Shown piece by piece: positions 10,505 to 20,000 of a stretch of DNA of 20,000 nt; positions within the stretch are counted from its first letter, which is position 1, and the number at the start of each line of letters is the position of its first letter. Position numbers and translations under genes: made by a program. The DNA lies in NCBI GenBank assembly GCA_039621445.1, contig CP154954.1:13617670-13637669 (forward strand), given 5' to 3'. The notes below the pieces were generated by a model that was not told the DNA's origin, ran no database searches, and was given only the letters and a program-made list of their open reading frames with translations. The DNA comes from Euglena gracilis. Taxonomy: Eukaryota.

Positions 10505-10930
10505 TCTGGGTGCCCGCACAGCAAAAACGCTGTGATGGGCCACTTTGTCCCCCGGCACAACTCCTCCCCTCTGCCGAAAAATCGTGTTCCCTGAGGGAAC
10601 GTGACTTGGCGCACTGCCAAGCCACTGGCCTCCCTATACCAACGCCGCCCCAGCCACCTGGGGGTCACCAGGATGGCATGGGCCTGATCCCTCCTGGTTT
10701 TTTCGAGAACCTCCTGTATTTTTTTATAAGGTGGGTTGATCCACAAAAACCTCCCTGCCCCAGTCCTGTTTGAAGGCATCTTCCCCTTCCCCACTCCTCG
10801 GCCCCCACCAGCGGACAAACCTGCGGTTTTCTTTGGCAGAAAAGGCGTCGACCTCCGGCTGGACCCCCAGGCGGCGGGTACGTCCCTGACGTACTCCTCC
10901 CGGACGTGGTAGTCCTGGGAGATCCACCGG
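10505..10930 (-). pseudogene. Dam-like (phage/DIRS-type) amino-methyltransferase domain, probably N6-adenine (two frameshifts)
   Basis: Joined from ORFs 10724..11020 and 10501..11025: QDYHV..PEVDAFSAKENRRFVRWW..EDAFKQDW..LWINPPY (10726-10737) KKIQEVLEK..AILVTPRW..RRWY. Confidence 0.85.
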
Positions 10931-11650
10931 CAGGGCGACCTCCCAAACCCTGAGGAACGGGCTGGGAGTGGTGCTGGGGGTGGTGTGGGGGTTGAGGTGG
11001 AAGGTGCGGTCCTGACGCACCTCACCTGGCGAATCGAAAAACCTGAATCCCTTTCCGTGCTGGGGGCGGTTTCATCCGTGCCCTTGATGGTTTGGGGAAC
11101 GTTGATGACCTCCCTCGCTGCCTCCCTGATTGATGCCTGTGAGAGCGTTTTGTCTTTTCTTTTTTCTTTTTTTGTTTTGCGTTTTCCCCCTCCCTTCCTG
11201 GTGTTGTGATCTGCGGTAGACTGGGTGTGCTGGAACCCGAAGACCCCTGGGCGGCCTGCTGCGGAGGGCCAGCCGCCTTGTATCCCTTCTCCCTTGTTCC
11301 CGAACCTGAACTCTGACCTGAGCCCCCCCCTGGACTGCCCTCGCTGGGGAAAAGCGCAGCCCAGGGGTTGGCAGAGTCGAATGGGAGGGCCTGCTGGCCC
11401 CCCCAGCCCCTTTTCGTGTCCCAGTCAGGGGGGGCTGGGGGGACCGTGCAGGCCCAGGTCCGGGTCTGCCGTTGGACCTTCCCTTGACCAAAACCCAACC
11501 CTCTCCGTGAACCCTTTCCTCACCCCCCTTCCGAGGGCCGTGCTGGGGGCACCCTGGGCCCCCGTCCCCTCCCTTCTGGCCCCCGCATTTTCAGGCACTC
11601 CCCCGCCGTGGTGGCGTGGAAGTCCCCTTCCCCTTTCCCCTTCTCCACCA

Positions 11651-11746
11651 GCACTGTCGTGCCAGATGTCCCGTTTTCCCGCACTCATAACACTTCTTTC
11701 CTGGGCATTCCCGAGACCGGTAATCTGTGGCCCCGCACTGGCTGTA
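11651..11746 (-). pseudogene. Gag nucleocapsid: two CCHC zinc knuckles, the first degenerate
   Basis: YSQCGATDYRSREC and CYECGKTGHLARQC in ORF 11591..11800. Confidence 0.88.
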
Positions 11747-11799
11747 GGGCTGGTCCACCGAGGGGCCACTCCGGGGGCTCCTCGGGGGGGTTTGTTCCA

Positions 11800-12660
11800 T
11801 GTTGGTGGCTGGGTGGGGGGTTGGGGACCTGGCTGGGCGAAAATCTGGCCGCCCCTGCCAGCTCCCTTGCCGAACCCCTTCCCCTTTTGCCCCGGACTGG
11901 GTGACCTGCGTCCCTCCCGTCCCTTTCCAGGTGACCCGCCTCGGTGCCGTGATTGCCTGTCCTGTGGCCCCTCGGGGCCTTTGGGGGGTCCTGCTTTTGC
12001 TCCCCCCTCAGCTGGCTGTGAAACGGTTTTCTGGGGCTGGGCTGGCCTGGCCTCCTGGGATTTAACTTCAGAGACTGAAAAAATGTCGAGGCCCCCGGCC
12101 CAGTGGTCCTCCTGGTGGCCTGGGACCCCCCGTCCGCCCCAAGAACGGCCATAGCTGTCAGACCGTTCCTGGCACCGCAGCTCGTTTTCAGCGTGTCGAA
12201 AAACCTCTTCCAATCCCAGCTTTGTTTCGTGGGGGGTGATTTTCACTGTATTGCCCCCCTGTAGCATGGCCCCGTTCCTCATCATCAGCCTCTCCAGCGC
12301 CCGTCGGCTGTAGAGCTTGATGAGGAAGGAGTCCCGGTGTGCCCTGACTGTCACCGGCTCCCCCTCACCCACAGCCTCCTGGGCGAGTTGTGCTGCCTTC
12401 TCCACTGTCAACCCTGGGATGTGCCACAGCCGCACTGTGGGCGCATCCTGATTTTTCCGTGTCTGTTCCCTGATTTTGGCCCTTCGCATGGAATCTGGGA
12501 GCAGCTGTAAAACCAGGGCCTGTGCTTCCTCCTCCGAGGGGTTTTCCATCCGGCAGAAAATTAATTTAAACTGGCTTTCATATTCACGCCACGCTGGGAG
12601 GGTTAACTTACCCGTGTTGACTGGTCTGAGGGCCCTGAGCTGCTCATGCAGCGAGGCATG
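11800..12660 (-). pseudogene. Gag, C-terminal part, including an RRM-like segment at ~12235-12441
   Basis: HASLHEQLRALRPVNTGKLTLPAWREYESQFKLIFCRMENPSEEEAQALVLQLLP... continues ORF 14075..15358 in frame once the insertion is removed, and leads toward the zinc knuckles. Confidence 0.75.
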
Positions 12661-14330
12661 GGAGACAAGGCACAGGGGGGGGAGGGGGGGGTCCGAGGGG
12701 GGTGGTTGGAAGCTGTACAGGGGGGGGGGAGGGGGGGGGTCCCCAGAAAATCACAACTGTACTGCCCACCCCCGAGACATTTGCGACATTTTTCGTCCAA
12801 TTGAGGTTGGCAATGATGGATTTTGCGAAATTCAGATGCATTTTGCAAAATATTTGTGTCTTGTAAAAAGAATGGTAGCCAGAGTTTTCACTTTAAACAC
12901 TTAGCAGAAAGGCAGGAAGCAGCTTCAATCACTCCCCCTTGGCACACCATGCGGAATTGAGCCAGGGTTGACGTTTTTTTTTGTTTTTCAACAAAGAACA
13001 AAATATGTTTTTTTTCCAAAAAAGAACACAAAAAAAAAACATGTTTTCTTTTTTAAAAAAGCAAAAATTGACCTTCTTCCTTGCGAAATGGCCATTTTTT
13101 GAGGAAAAAGTTTTAAGGTCATTTTTTTGGTCATCAAAAGTGACGTTTTTTTAGTTTTTCCGGACACTTCATCCAGCACCCTTCACGGACTACGAAGCTG
13201 CAGAGATGAAAAAAGACCTTTTTTCTAAAAAAAAAGTTTCAAAAAAATTCCCCCAAACCCGCCATGAGGTTTTTTTTTTTTTTTTAAAAATTTTTTTTTC
13301 TTAGGGGGTGCCCCCCCCGTGACCCCCCCCCCCCCGTTACATCCCCGTGACCCCCCCGTGACCCGAGAATCGATCCTCCGCCATTCTTTTTTTCAAAAGC
13401 ATTTTTTAAAAAACAATGAACTTTCATGTATCCTTGTCTGCCCAATGCACCTTCATACCAGAGCTGGCGTTTTTTTTGTTTTTTTAAAAAAAAACAAAAA
13501 ACGTGTTTTTTTTGAAAAAAAAACGGCAAAAAAACCGGTTTTTTTAAAAAAACCGGCCGAATCAAGCGCCAAGTCGCCGGCAACGGAAAAACTCAAAAAA
13601 AAACACCACACACATGCAACCCCCCCTTTCCTCGGTTTTGTATTGACCTTTGAAGCATGGGCAAAAGAGGTTGGTTGAGAAAATAGCTATAAAAGTGACA
13701 GAAAAAAATGCAACAATTCCAAGATCATGTTGGGAACTGCCCAAAAAAAATGAAAAAATTTTTTTTCCACCATACCCCCGCTGGCGTTTTTTTTGTTTTT
13801 TTAAAAAAAACACAAAAAAAACAAAAAAAACCGTTTTTTGTTTTTTTGTTTTTTTTTGACTGCCGGCTTTGCTTCATACCCAAAAATGGCCAGAAATCTT
13901 TTCCCCTGAAAGAAGTGCCAAAAACTGGTGCATTTCCCCACCCAAAACGGAATTTTGTCAAAAATGGCCCAAACTTCATCCCAAAAACGTGTTGGTCAAG
14001 AAAATCCTAACAAAATTCCCTTTCAAAAATGACCAATTTTATCACGATGCAACGTCATGAATGTTGCCTCCCGGCTACCTGCAAAGTGGCATACTTCCCC
14101 CGTGACCCCCCCCCCCCCCCCCCCCTGACCCCCCCATGACCCCCCCAACCCGCACGTTTTTTTGTTTCAAAAAAAAACAAGCCGTTTTTTTAAATTTTTT
14201 TTTCATCTGTCTCGGGGGGGGTTGGAAGTGGGGGGGGAGGGGGGGGGGTCCCGGGAGGGGGGGGTTGGAACTGTACAGGGGGGGAGGGGGGGGGGTCCCA
14301 AGGTTTGACCAACTGTACTGCCTTGTCCCC
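12661..14330. mobile_element. Non-coding insertion with 20-bp TSD and 12-bp imperfect TIR; probably composite
   Basis: TGCTCATGCAGCGAGGCATG at 12641-12660 and 14331-14350. Ends read GGAGACAAGGCA and, on the other strand, GGGGACAAGGCA. The interior is made of A/T tracts and poly-G/C. Confidence 0.88.
13890..14040. repeat. Dispersed repeat, homologous to ~19405-19550 plus ~19820-19880
   Basis: Shared AAATCTT.TCCCCT.AA..AGTGCCAAAAA.TGGTGCATTTC...CAAAAATGGCCCAAA...CATCCCAAAAA...GGTCAAGAAAATCCTA...TGACCAATTTT. Confidence 0.8.
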
Positions 14331-15358
14331 TGCTCATGCAGCGAGGCATGGATGTCACCGCCGTATTTCTGGGCCAGCCAGTTCCAGAAATCTTGGAACC
14401 TGACCCGTTCCCCCATCTCCTGTCGCCGATGGAGTTCCAGCCGGCTGCTGTGGTCCAGGCAGCCGGTCAGAACAAGCATTTTAAATTCCTCCCCCACTGG
14501 CTGTCCCATAGAAACCTGCTGCATATAGAGCTGAAATTTTACTGAAAAATCATGAAAATCACCTTTCAGCTCTGGTTTTACAAGGTCTTTGGTGAGGAGT
14601 GTCGCCAGCGGCCCCAAAAACATGGTGGCTGCTGGGCTGGGAGCTGCTGGCGCCATGTGGACCGGAGCTGCCTGGACCCCCCGGACCCAGGCTCCCGTGT
14701 CCTGGGACCCGAAGGCCAGAGGGGCAGCGTTGCACGATGCTGCCCCAGCCTCAGGGGCCCAGGCGAAAGGGTCCATTGCCCCCGTGAACTCCCCTCCTGC
14801 GGGGAATCCACGGGGCTGGGGGGGCCACTGGTGCTCGGCTGATTTCATCCCAGGTTGATCCCTGCCCTGGCCCTGTAGATTTGCTGTGCCTGCTGCCTGT
14901 GGTTTCGCTGTGCTGGACTGTCCCGTCGTTCGTGAATTTTGCTGAGACCGTTGCTGCTCCTGGGCTCCCAACCTGGCCAAAAAATTACAAAATCCGTGAG
15001 CCTTAATCTGGCGTTCCGCTTCCTCCCAATCCTCCCCCTGGAACCCGAACGTGCCAGGTGTCTGGGCAGCTGGGGTCCCTCCAGCATCGGGGACCTGGAC
15101 CGGACTGCCCCCCGCAGCCATAGGACCCTGGGGCTGGCTGCCCCCCGCAGCCATGGGGCCCTGGGGCAGGCTGCTCCCCGCAACCATGGGACCCTGGGGC
15201 TGGCTGCCCCTTGGTGTCGAAGGGCCCACGCTGGCTGGGGGTACATCCCCCTCTGCAGAGGAAACAAAACCAGGGACAACGCTGGGAGTCCTGGCCACTG
15301 AACCCACTGAACCCAGGGAAAACGGCTGAGGCAGAACTGGGGTTTGCAAAACGGTCAC
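14331..15358 (-). pseudogene. Gag, N-terminal part (low-complexity region then helical capsid-like region); true start uncertain
   Basis: ORF 14075..15358: KPELKGDFHDFSVKFQLYMQQV..FKMLVLTGCLD..FQDFWNWLAQKYGGDIHASLHEQ. Position upstream of the knuckles and pol supports gag. Confidence 0.72.
15108..15210. repeat. 33-bp coding tandem repeat, about 3 copies, in gag
   Basis: CCCCCCGCAGCCAT.GG.CCCTGGGGC.GGCTG units encoding GSQPQGPMAAG-like repeats. Confidence 0.85.
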
Positions 15359-16493
15359 TGGTGAAACACGGGGATCTGGCCCCCCACAGCGGCATCACTG
15401 TGCTTTGCTTCTTGGGAAGTTGGGAAAAGGGTTTTTCTGTTACTCTGATTCTCAGTTCCCAAGTAGTGCGCCAAGGCGAAAGCGAAGGCTTTTTTGGGAA
15501 TTGGGAAAGGGAATTGGGAATCAGACGTACACTGTTCCCCTTTGGCTTGGCCTTCCTGAATGGATTTTTCCCTTCTCAATGTTAAGTTGAAGTTGAAATA
15601 TAACTTTCTGGGATTCGGCATGCACAAATCGTTGCTTGAAACATCAGAACCTGGGGGGAAAGGAACAATTAAAAGTCTGAAGGGAAACTTCGCTATTAAA
15701 AGTGCGTAGCCTTCCGCTACCCCCCCCCCCCCCCCCATTTTCCCCCCCCTTATTGTCCCTGGGCCCCGGCCGACAGACGGTTTTTTGGCCCGGCCAATGA
15801 AATTCCTTTGGTTGTCCCCCCCCCTGATTGTCTGATCTTGCCGGGGGCAGGTCGGTGAGACAATAAGGGGGGGGTAACCTGTGAGGCGGAGAGGGGGTGG
15901 AGCAATGCGCATCTCATCGGCAACGTCAGAAACGGTACAAACAGGGGGAAAGAATGTTACCGGCGGTACTGAGGGTACGACCCCAGGGGACCTAGAGAGT
16001 GGCCAGCAAGCAGACCTCCCGGACCAACTACGGTAGCCCATGACCAGGCTTCTGTTGCTCGCAAGCCGGACACACAGGCAGCAAAACGCCAAAGGCCAGG
16101 GCGGAAGGACCGGTCCACACCCCAAAGTCGGTGGCATCTTGGGCTTGGGTAATTCTCGGTCGCGCCTAAACACGTCTGTTTTTGGCGCGTTGTAATGCTC
16201 AGCGGTATTTCACTCAAGCAGCCAGTAAATCGGAGGGTCTCCGAGCCGAAGTTCAAGTGGGGGAGATCTACGGGGGGGGGGGGCCAAAAGTCATATGGCA
16301 TTAAAGGCCGGCCAGCTTTAACCCGTGCGGTTTTATGTCGCCCTCTTGCCCTCCACCCGCTGGGCTTAATCCCTCCCCCCCTCCCGGAGGGGTATGACCG
16401 TATTTATCCCGACCCTGCAAAATTCCGCCCCCCGCCCTTGCCGTGAAAGTGAGTCGGTACCGAAGGCTGCGGCAGGGCATGCAGTGCTCACCG

Positions 16494-16954
16494 GAGGCTA
16501 GGCACAACGGGGGGGGGGGGGGGCGGGGGGGGGGGGGGGAGGGGCGCGCCGGGGGGCCGGGGGGGGGGGGGGGGGGGGGGAGGGGGGTCCGAGGGCGGCC
16601 GCGCGGGCGGAACGCATCCTAAAATCGGTGATTTTCGGATCCAAAAAGTGGTCATTTTTTGCCATTTTTGGGCCATTTTTGACCAAAAAAGTGCTTTTTT
16701 GGCCGCGCGCAGAGCGCGCGGCCCCAAATTTGCCATTTTTTGTCCGAAAATGGTCATTTTTGGTCATTTTTGGGCCTCAAAAAATCGCGATTTTTTCTCC
16801 AAAAAATTTTTTTCTTGGCTATGCTAGGCACAGTGGGGGGAGGGGGGGGTCCAGGGGGGGGCGAGCGGCCGCGCAGGCGGCCGCGCAGGGGCCGCGCGGG
16901 GGGGGGGGGGGGGGGGGGGGGGCCCGGACCCCCCCGAGCGGTGCGCCTAGCCTC
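16494..16954. mobile_element. MITE-like element with GAGGCTAGGC(A/G)CA TIR and 5-bp TSD CACCG
   Basis: CACCG|GAGGCTAGGCACA ... TGCGCCTAGCCTC|CACCG; poly-G and GCGGCCGCGC motifs near the ends, AT-rich core. Confidence 0.8.
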
Positions 16955-17054
16955 CACCGTTCATGGATGCTGGGGGCCAGGCGCCGGGCCACGCGGCCGT
17001 CCGCCTCTAGCGACGCCTCCACTGCGGCCTTATCAGTCTGCCCCCCAGTGCGAT

Positions 17055-17750
17055 CAAAATTTTAAGTCTCACATGGTGGGGGCTGAAAATTAAAATTTAA
17101 GACTCACGAGGGGGGGGGGCTGAAAATTTAAATTTTCAGTCTCACGGCAGGGGGGGGAAATTGATATCCGCAATTTTTCCGCAATTTCCGCAATTTTCCG
17201 CAATTTCTGCAATTTTCCGCATTTTTTCCGCAATTTCCGCAGTTTTTCCGCAATTTTCCACCATTTTTTTTGAAGAATTTTTTCCCCACCACCGAAGATG
17301 GAAGATGCAATGAGTTCAAGCCATTCTTCAAATGGATCAACAGGTGTGCTATTGTGTTTTGTTGTCCCCCCCCAGTTTACCAATTTTTCTCACAGGTGCA
17401 CCACTGGTCACAGGATTGGGTGCGTCCCACCTGTGCAAAGAACATCAAGCGTGTTGATTTGTGCTCGCCTGCATCGACGTGGGTGTTGCGGTGTTCTGAA
17501 CCTCACAATTGAAAATTTTCTCAGTCCCCCCAAGCAGAAATGTGTATACCCGATATCAATTTTTCCGCAATTTTTCCGCAATTTTCGCATTTTTTCTGCA
17601 ATTTTTCCGAAGGCCTCCGATATCAATTCCCCCCCCCCTGCTCACATGAGTGAAAATTAAAAGGCTGAAAATTAAAATTTCAGTCTCATTGGGGGGGGGG
17701 CTGAAAATTGAAAATTTAAGTCTCACATGGGGGGGGGGGGCTGAAAATTC
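17055..17750. repeat. Degenerate tandem array (G-run-CTGAAAATT.AAATTT.AGTCTCAC), interrupted at 17148-17640
   Basis: About three ~37-40 bp units on each side of the inserted element. Confidence 0.75.
17148..17640. mobile_element. MITE-like element with CAG...CTG ends and ~20-bp TIR
   Basis: CAGGGGGGGGAAATTGATATC ... GATATCAATTCCCCCCCCCCTG, with subterminal CCGCAATTTT tandem repeats at both ends. TSD is unclear (CTCACGG vs CTCACAT). Confidence 0.78.
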
Positions 17751-18767
17751 CATGTGGAACAAAACTAGTTAGGTGTGGCACCAAAACGGTCCAAGAAGTT
17801 GCACAAAACTGGCCAAAAGGTGTGGTGCCAAAACTGGCCGCATATGTGGTACCAGACTGGTGCCATGATGTTGCCCGAAAACTGGCCCCCACATGTGAAT
17901 CTGAATCAAACAATTGTAAAGCAAATCATAATGCCCCAGATGACCATTACGTTGTAAACAAAATGGACAAACAAACAAAAAACCTTCGAGTTTCAAGGCA
18001 CAGCAACCATAGTGGGCCGACCTGTTTTTATTTGACGTTGTTTTCTTTGTTTTTTTAATTCTAACAATGTTTTTATTAAAAAAACAAAAAAAAACGCCCA
18101 GTGGGTTTTTAATGTAAATTTTTTTGAATGCACATTTTAAATGATTTTTAGCAACTTCTAGGTAATTTCTGCCAAAAACTTCCTTCCACAAAAATGAATA
18201 AAGTCATAAAATTCCATTTTTGTTGCATTTTTGGATGTTTTTGACCATTTTTGGCAGTTTTTGCACTTAGTAGGATTCAAAGTATGGTTTGGGAGTTTCA
18301 TAACGAGTTTTTTCAATGAAAATTTCCTTTTTTTGATATTTTTTTTTACTGTTTTTGAAGAAGAAAAAAACACGTTGTTTTGTTTTTTATTTATTAAAAA
18401 AAAAAAACAGAAAAGATGCCCACTATGACAGCAACAGAAATCGGAAAACATACACAACGGCCATTCCCAAGAAAAGGGAGCAGTTTAGTAGGGACATGCT
18501 CAGGTCCAGATTAGTCTTCCAATAAGTTCATTTCACGTCAATTCACTAATTCAATGTAAGTCAACATCTTCACTGTAAGTCAACATCCCAAACTTCTCCA
18601 GCAGCAAAACAACCTTTTCAGCTTCTTGGTGTTGACTTGTCACTTGTAACTTGAAGTTGAAACTTGATGTTGATAACATACATTGATAAACCTTCCACCT
18701 TGACTTGCTCGGAACTCAAACACTACCCACTAGAGGCTTTCGGTTGTCGGGATGTGAATCAAGAAAT

Positions 18768-18770
<3 letters not shown>

Positions 18771-18826
<56 letters not shown>
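18771..18826. repeat. (CA)28 microsatellite
   Basis: Perfect CA run. Confidence 0.97.
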
Positions 18827-18830
<4 letters not shown>

Positions 18831-18909
18831 AAAAAATGGGGGGGAATAGGTGGAAAATTATCTGTCGTGGTTCTTATTTCGTTCAGCGATCCACAAACCC
18901 CCCCCGTTA

Positions 18910-18966
18910 GGCTAGGCGCAGTGGGGGGGGGGTGAGGGGGGGGGCGAGCGGCTGCCGGCGGCCGCG

Positions 18967-19001
<35 letters not shown>

Positions 19002-19155
19002 CCGAGGGCGGCCGCGCAGGCGGTGCGGGGCCATTTTCGGGTCAAAAAAGTGGTCATTTTTGGCCATTTTTGGGCCATTTGGGCTCAAAAAAATGTCTTT
19101 TTCTTGGCTATACTTGGCACAGTGCGGGGGGGGGGGGGTCGAGGGGGGGGGGCAA
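18910..19155. mobile_element. Partial relative of the 16494-16954 element
   Basis: GGCTAGGCGCA start, TCCGAGGGCGGCCGCGC, AAAAAGTGGTCATTTTT.GCCATTTTTGGGCCATTT, TTCTTGGCTAT.CT.GGCACAGTG; right TIR missing. Confidence 0.75.
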
Positions 19156-19552
19156 GCAGCAGTGTGGTGCCAAAGTCATTTTTACGAATAAAAGACCATT
19201 CCGTTTCAACGCTGGAATTTTTGTAAAGCAAGCTCCCCAGGGCGATCGCTGGCATGGCCTCCCTTAGCCGGCAAGACGTCCAGCCCCCTATGTCTTTTTC
19301 CATACTTTCGAAAACCCGTCTTTTTGATTTTCGACGACGGTTTTAAACTGATTTAAAACGATGTTTTAAACGACTGATAAAAGACGAGGCCCACACTGGC
19401 GAGCCAAAAATCTTGTCCCCTAAAAAAGAGTGCCAAAAATTGGTGCATTTCTGCAACCAAAACAGATTTTTTTTGCAATTTTTTCCCCCTTCCAAAATAG
19501 CCATTTGGGCCATTTTTTCAAAAATGGCCCAAAATGCATCCCAAAAAATGTA

Positions 19553-19817
19553 ACGTGACCCCCCCCCCCCCTATTTGTCCCCCCCCCCTAATTGGCCGAG
19601 CCTAGGTGGCCAATTAGGGGGGGGGGTCACTCATTTCAGGGGAAAATGCCTTTCGTGTGTTTTACGAGGGTTCACGACTATGAAGGACGGGGTCCAGGTG
19701 GCCAATTAGAGGGGGGGGGTTAGGGGTAACCCCCCCCCTAATTGTCCCCCCCCCTAATTCGCCAGAAGGGGGGTCCGGGCCGCCCAGAGGGCGGCCAAAT
19801 AGGGGGGGGGGTCACGT
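19553..19817. mobile_element. 265-bp MITE with TA TSD
   Basis: TA|ACGTGA(C)nTATTTG ... CAAATA(G)nTCACGT|TA, with internal CCTAATTGGCC/GGCCAATTAG inverted motifs. The paralogous site near 13985-13995 lacks it. Confidence 0.85.
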
Positions 19818-19988
19818 TAACGGTCAAGAAAATCCTACAAACTTCCTTTTCCAAAAAATGAAAAAAATGACCAATTTTGGACATAAAAATCACCCAAAAA
19901 TGACCACTTTCAAACCAAAAGGCATTTTTTTGTTCAAAAATGGCCCAAAAATGGCCAAAAATGATTACGTTTTTGGACCCAAAAATCA

Positions 19989-19994
19989 NNNNNN
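19989..19994. other. Assembly gap or ambiguous bases
   Basis: Six Ns. Confidence 0.98.
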
Positions 19995-20000
19995 CACGAG

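Larger units (their letters stand above)
3182..15358 (-). mobile_element. Degenerate Ty3/Gypsy chromodomain retrotransposon carrying two DNA methyltransferase domains
   Basis: Collinear minus-strand gag, MTases, PR, RT, RH, IN and chromodomain in Gypsy order, with several frameshifts, stops and two nested insertions. Outer boundaries are uncertain because no matching LTR pair was found. Confidence 0.92.

Noticed and set aside
9750-10930. Bacterial restriction-modification locus or DIRS element as the source of the MTases
   Set aside because: No restriction endonuclease or tyrosine recombinase is adjacent; the MTases are collinear with gag, protease and a DDE integrase.
12900-14100. K/F-rich ORFs
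   Set aside because: Translations of A/T homopolymer tracts in non-coding repeats.
15355-16173. 272-aa minus-strand ORF upstream of gag
   Set aside because: No recognisable motif and runs through a poly-G tract; only its last portion might be a frameshifted gag N-terminus.
17270-17512. Possible spliced coding fragment inside the CAG/CTG MITE
   Set aside because: A GT..AG segment exists, but no frame gives a recognisable protein.
17055-17750. CRISPR-like repeat spacing
   Set aside because: Units are degenerate tandem repeats without unique spacers, there are no cas genes, and the context is eukaryotic.

Overview
Repeat-dense eukaryotic window, almost certainly euglenid: a euglenid spliced-leader (SL) exon sequence lies at 1185-1211 (-). 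No intact host gene is visible. The centrepiece is a decayed minus-strand Ty3/Gypsy chromodomain retrotransposon (~3180-15360). Its reconstructed order is Gag (RRM-like insert, two CCHC knuckles) - Dam-like amino-methyltransferase (NPPY) - C5-cytosine DNA methyltransferase (FxGxG/PC/ENP) - aspartic protease - RT - RNase H - integrase - chromodomain - possible extra ORF, so it carries two different DNA methyltransferase domains between gag and protease. Two insertions interrupt it: a TA-flanked TIR element in the protease and a 1.67 kb element with a 20-bp target duplication in gag. Removing either restores the local frame. At the left end a 5'-truncated CRE-like RLE non-LTR retrotransposon with a 13-bp TSD sits directly upstream of an SL exon fused to an ORF. 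The right 4 kb holds MITE-like elements, tandem repeats, a (CA)n tract and a small gap. Domain calls come from motif recognition by eye, not database searches, and domain boundaries are approximate.
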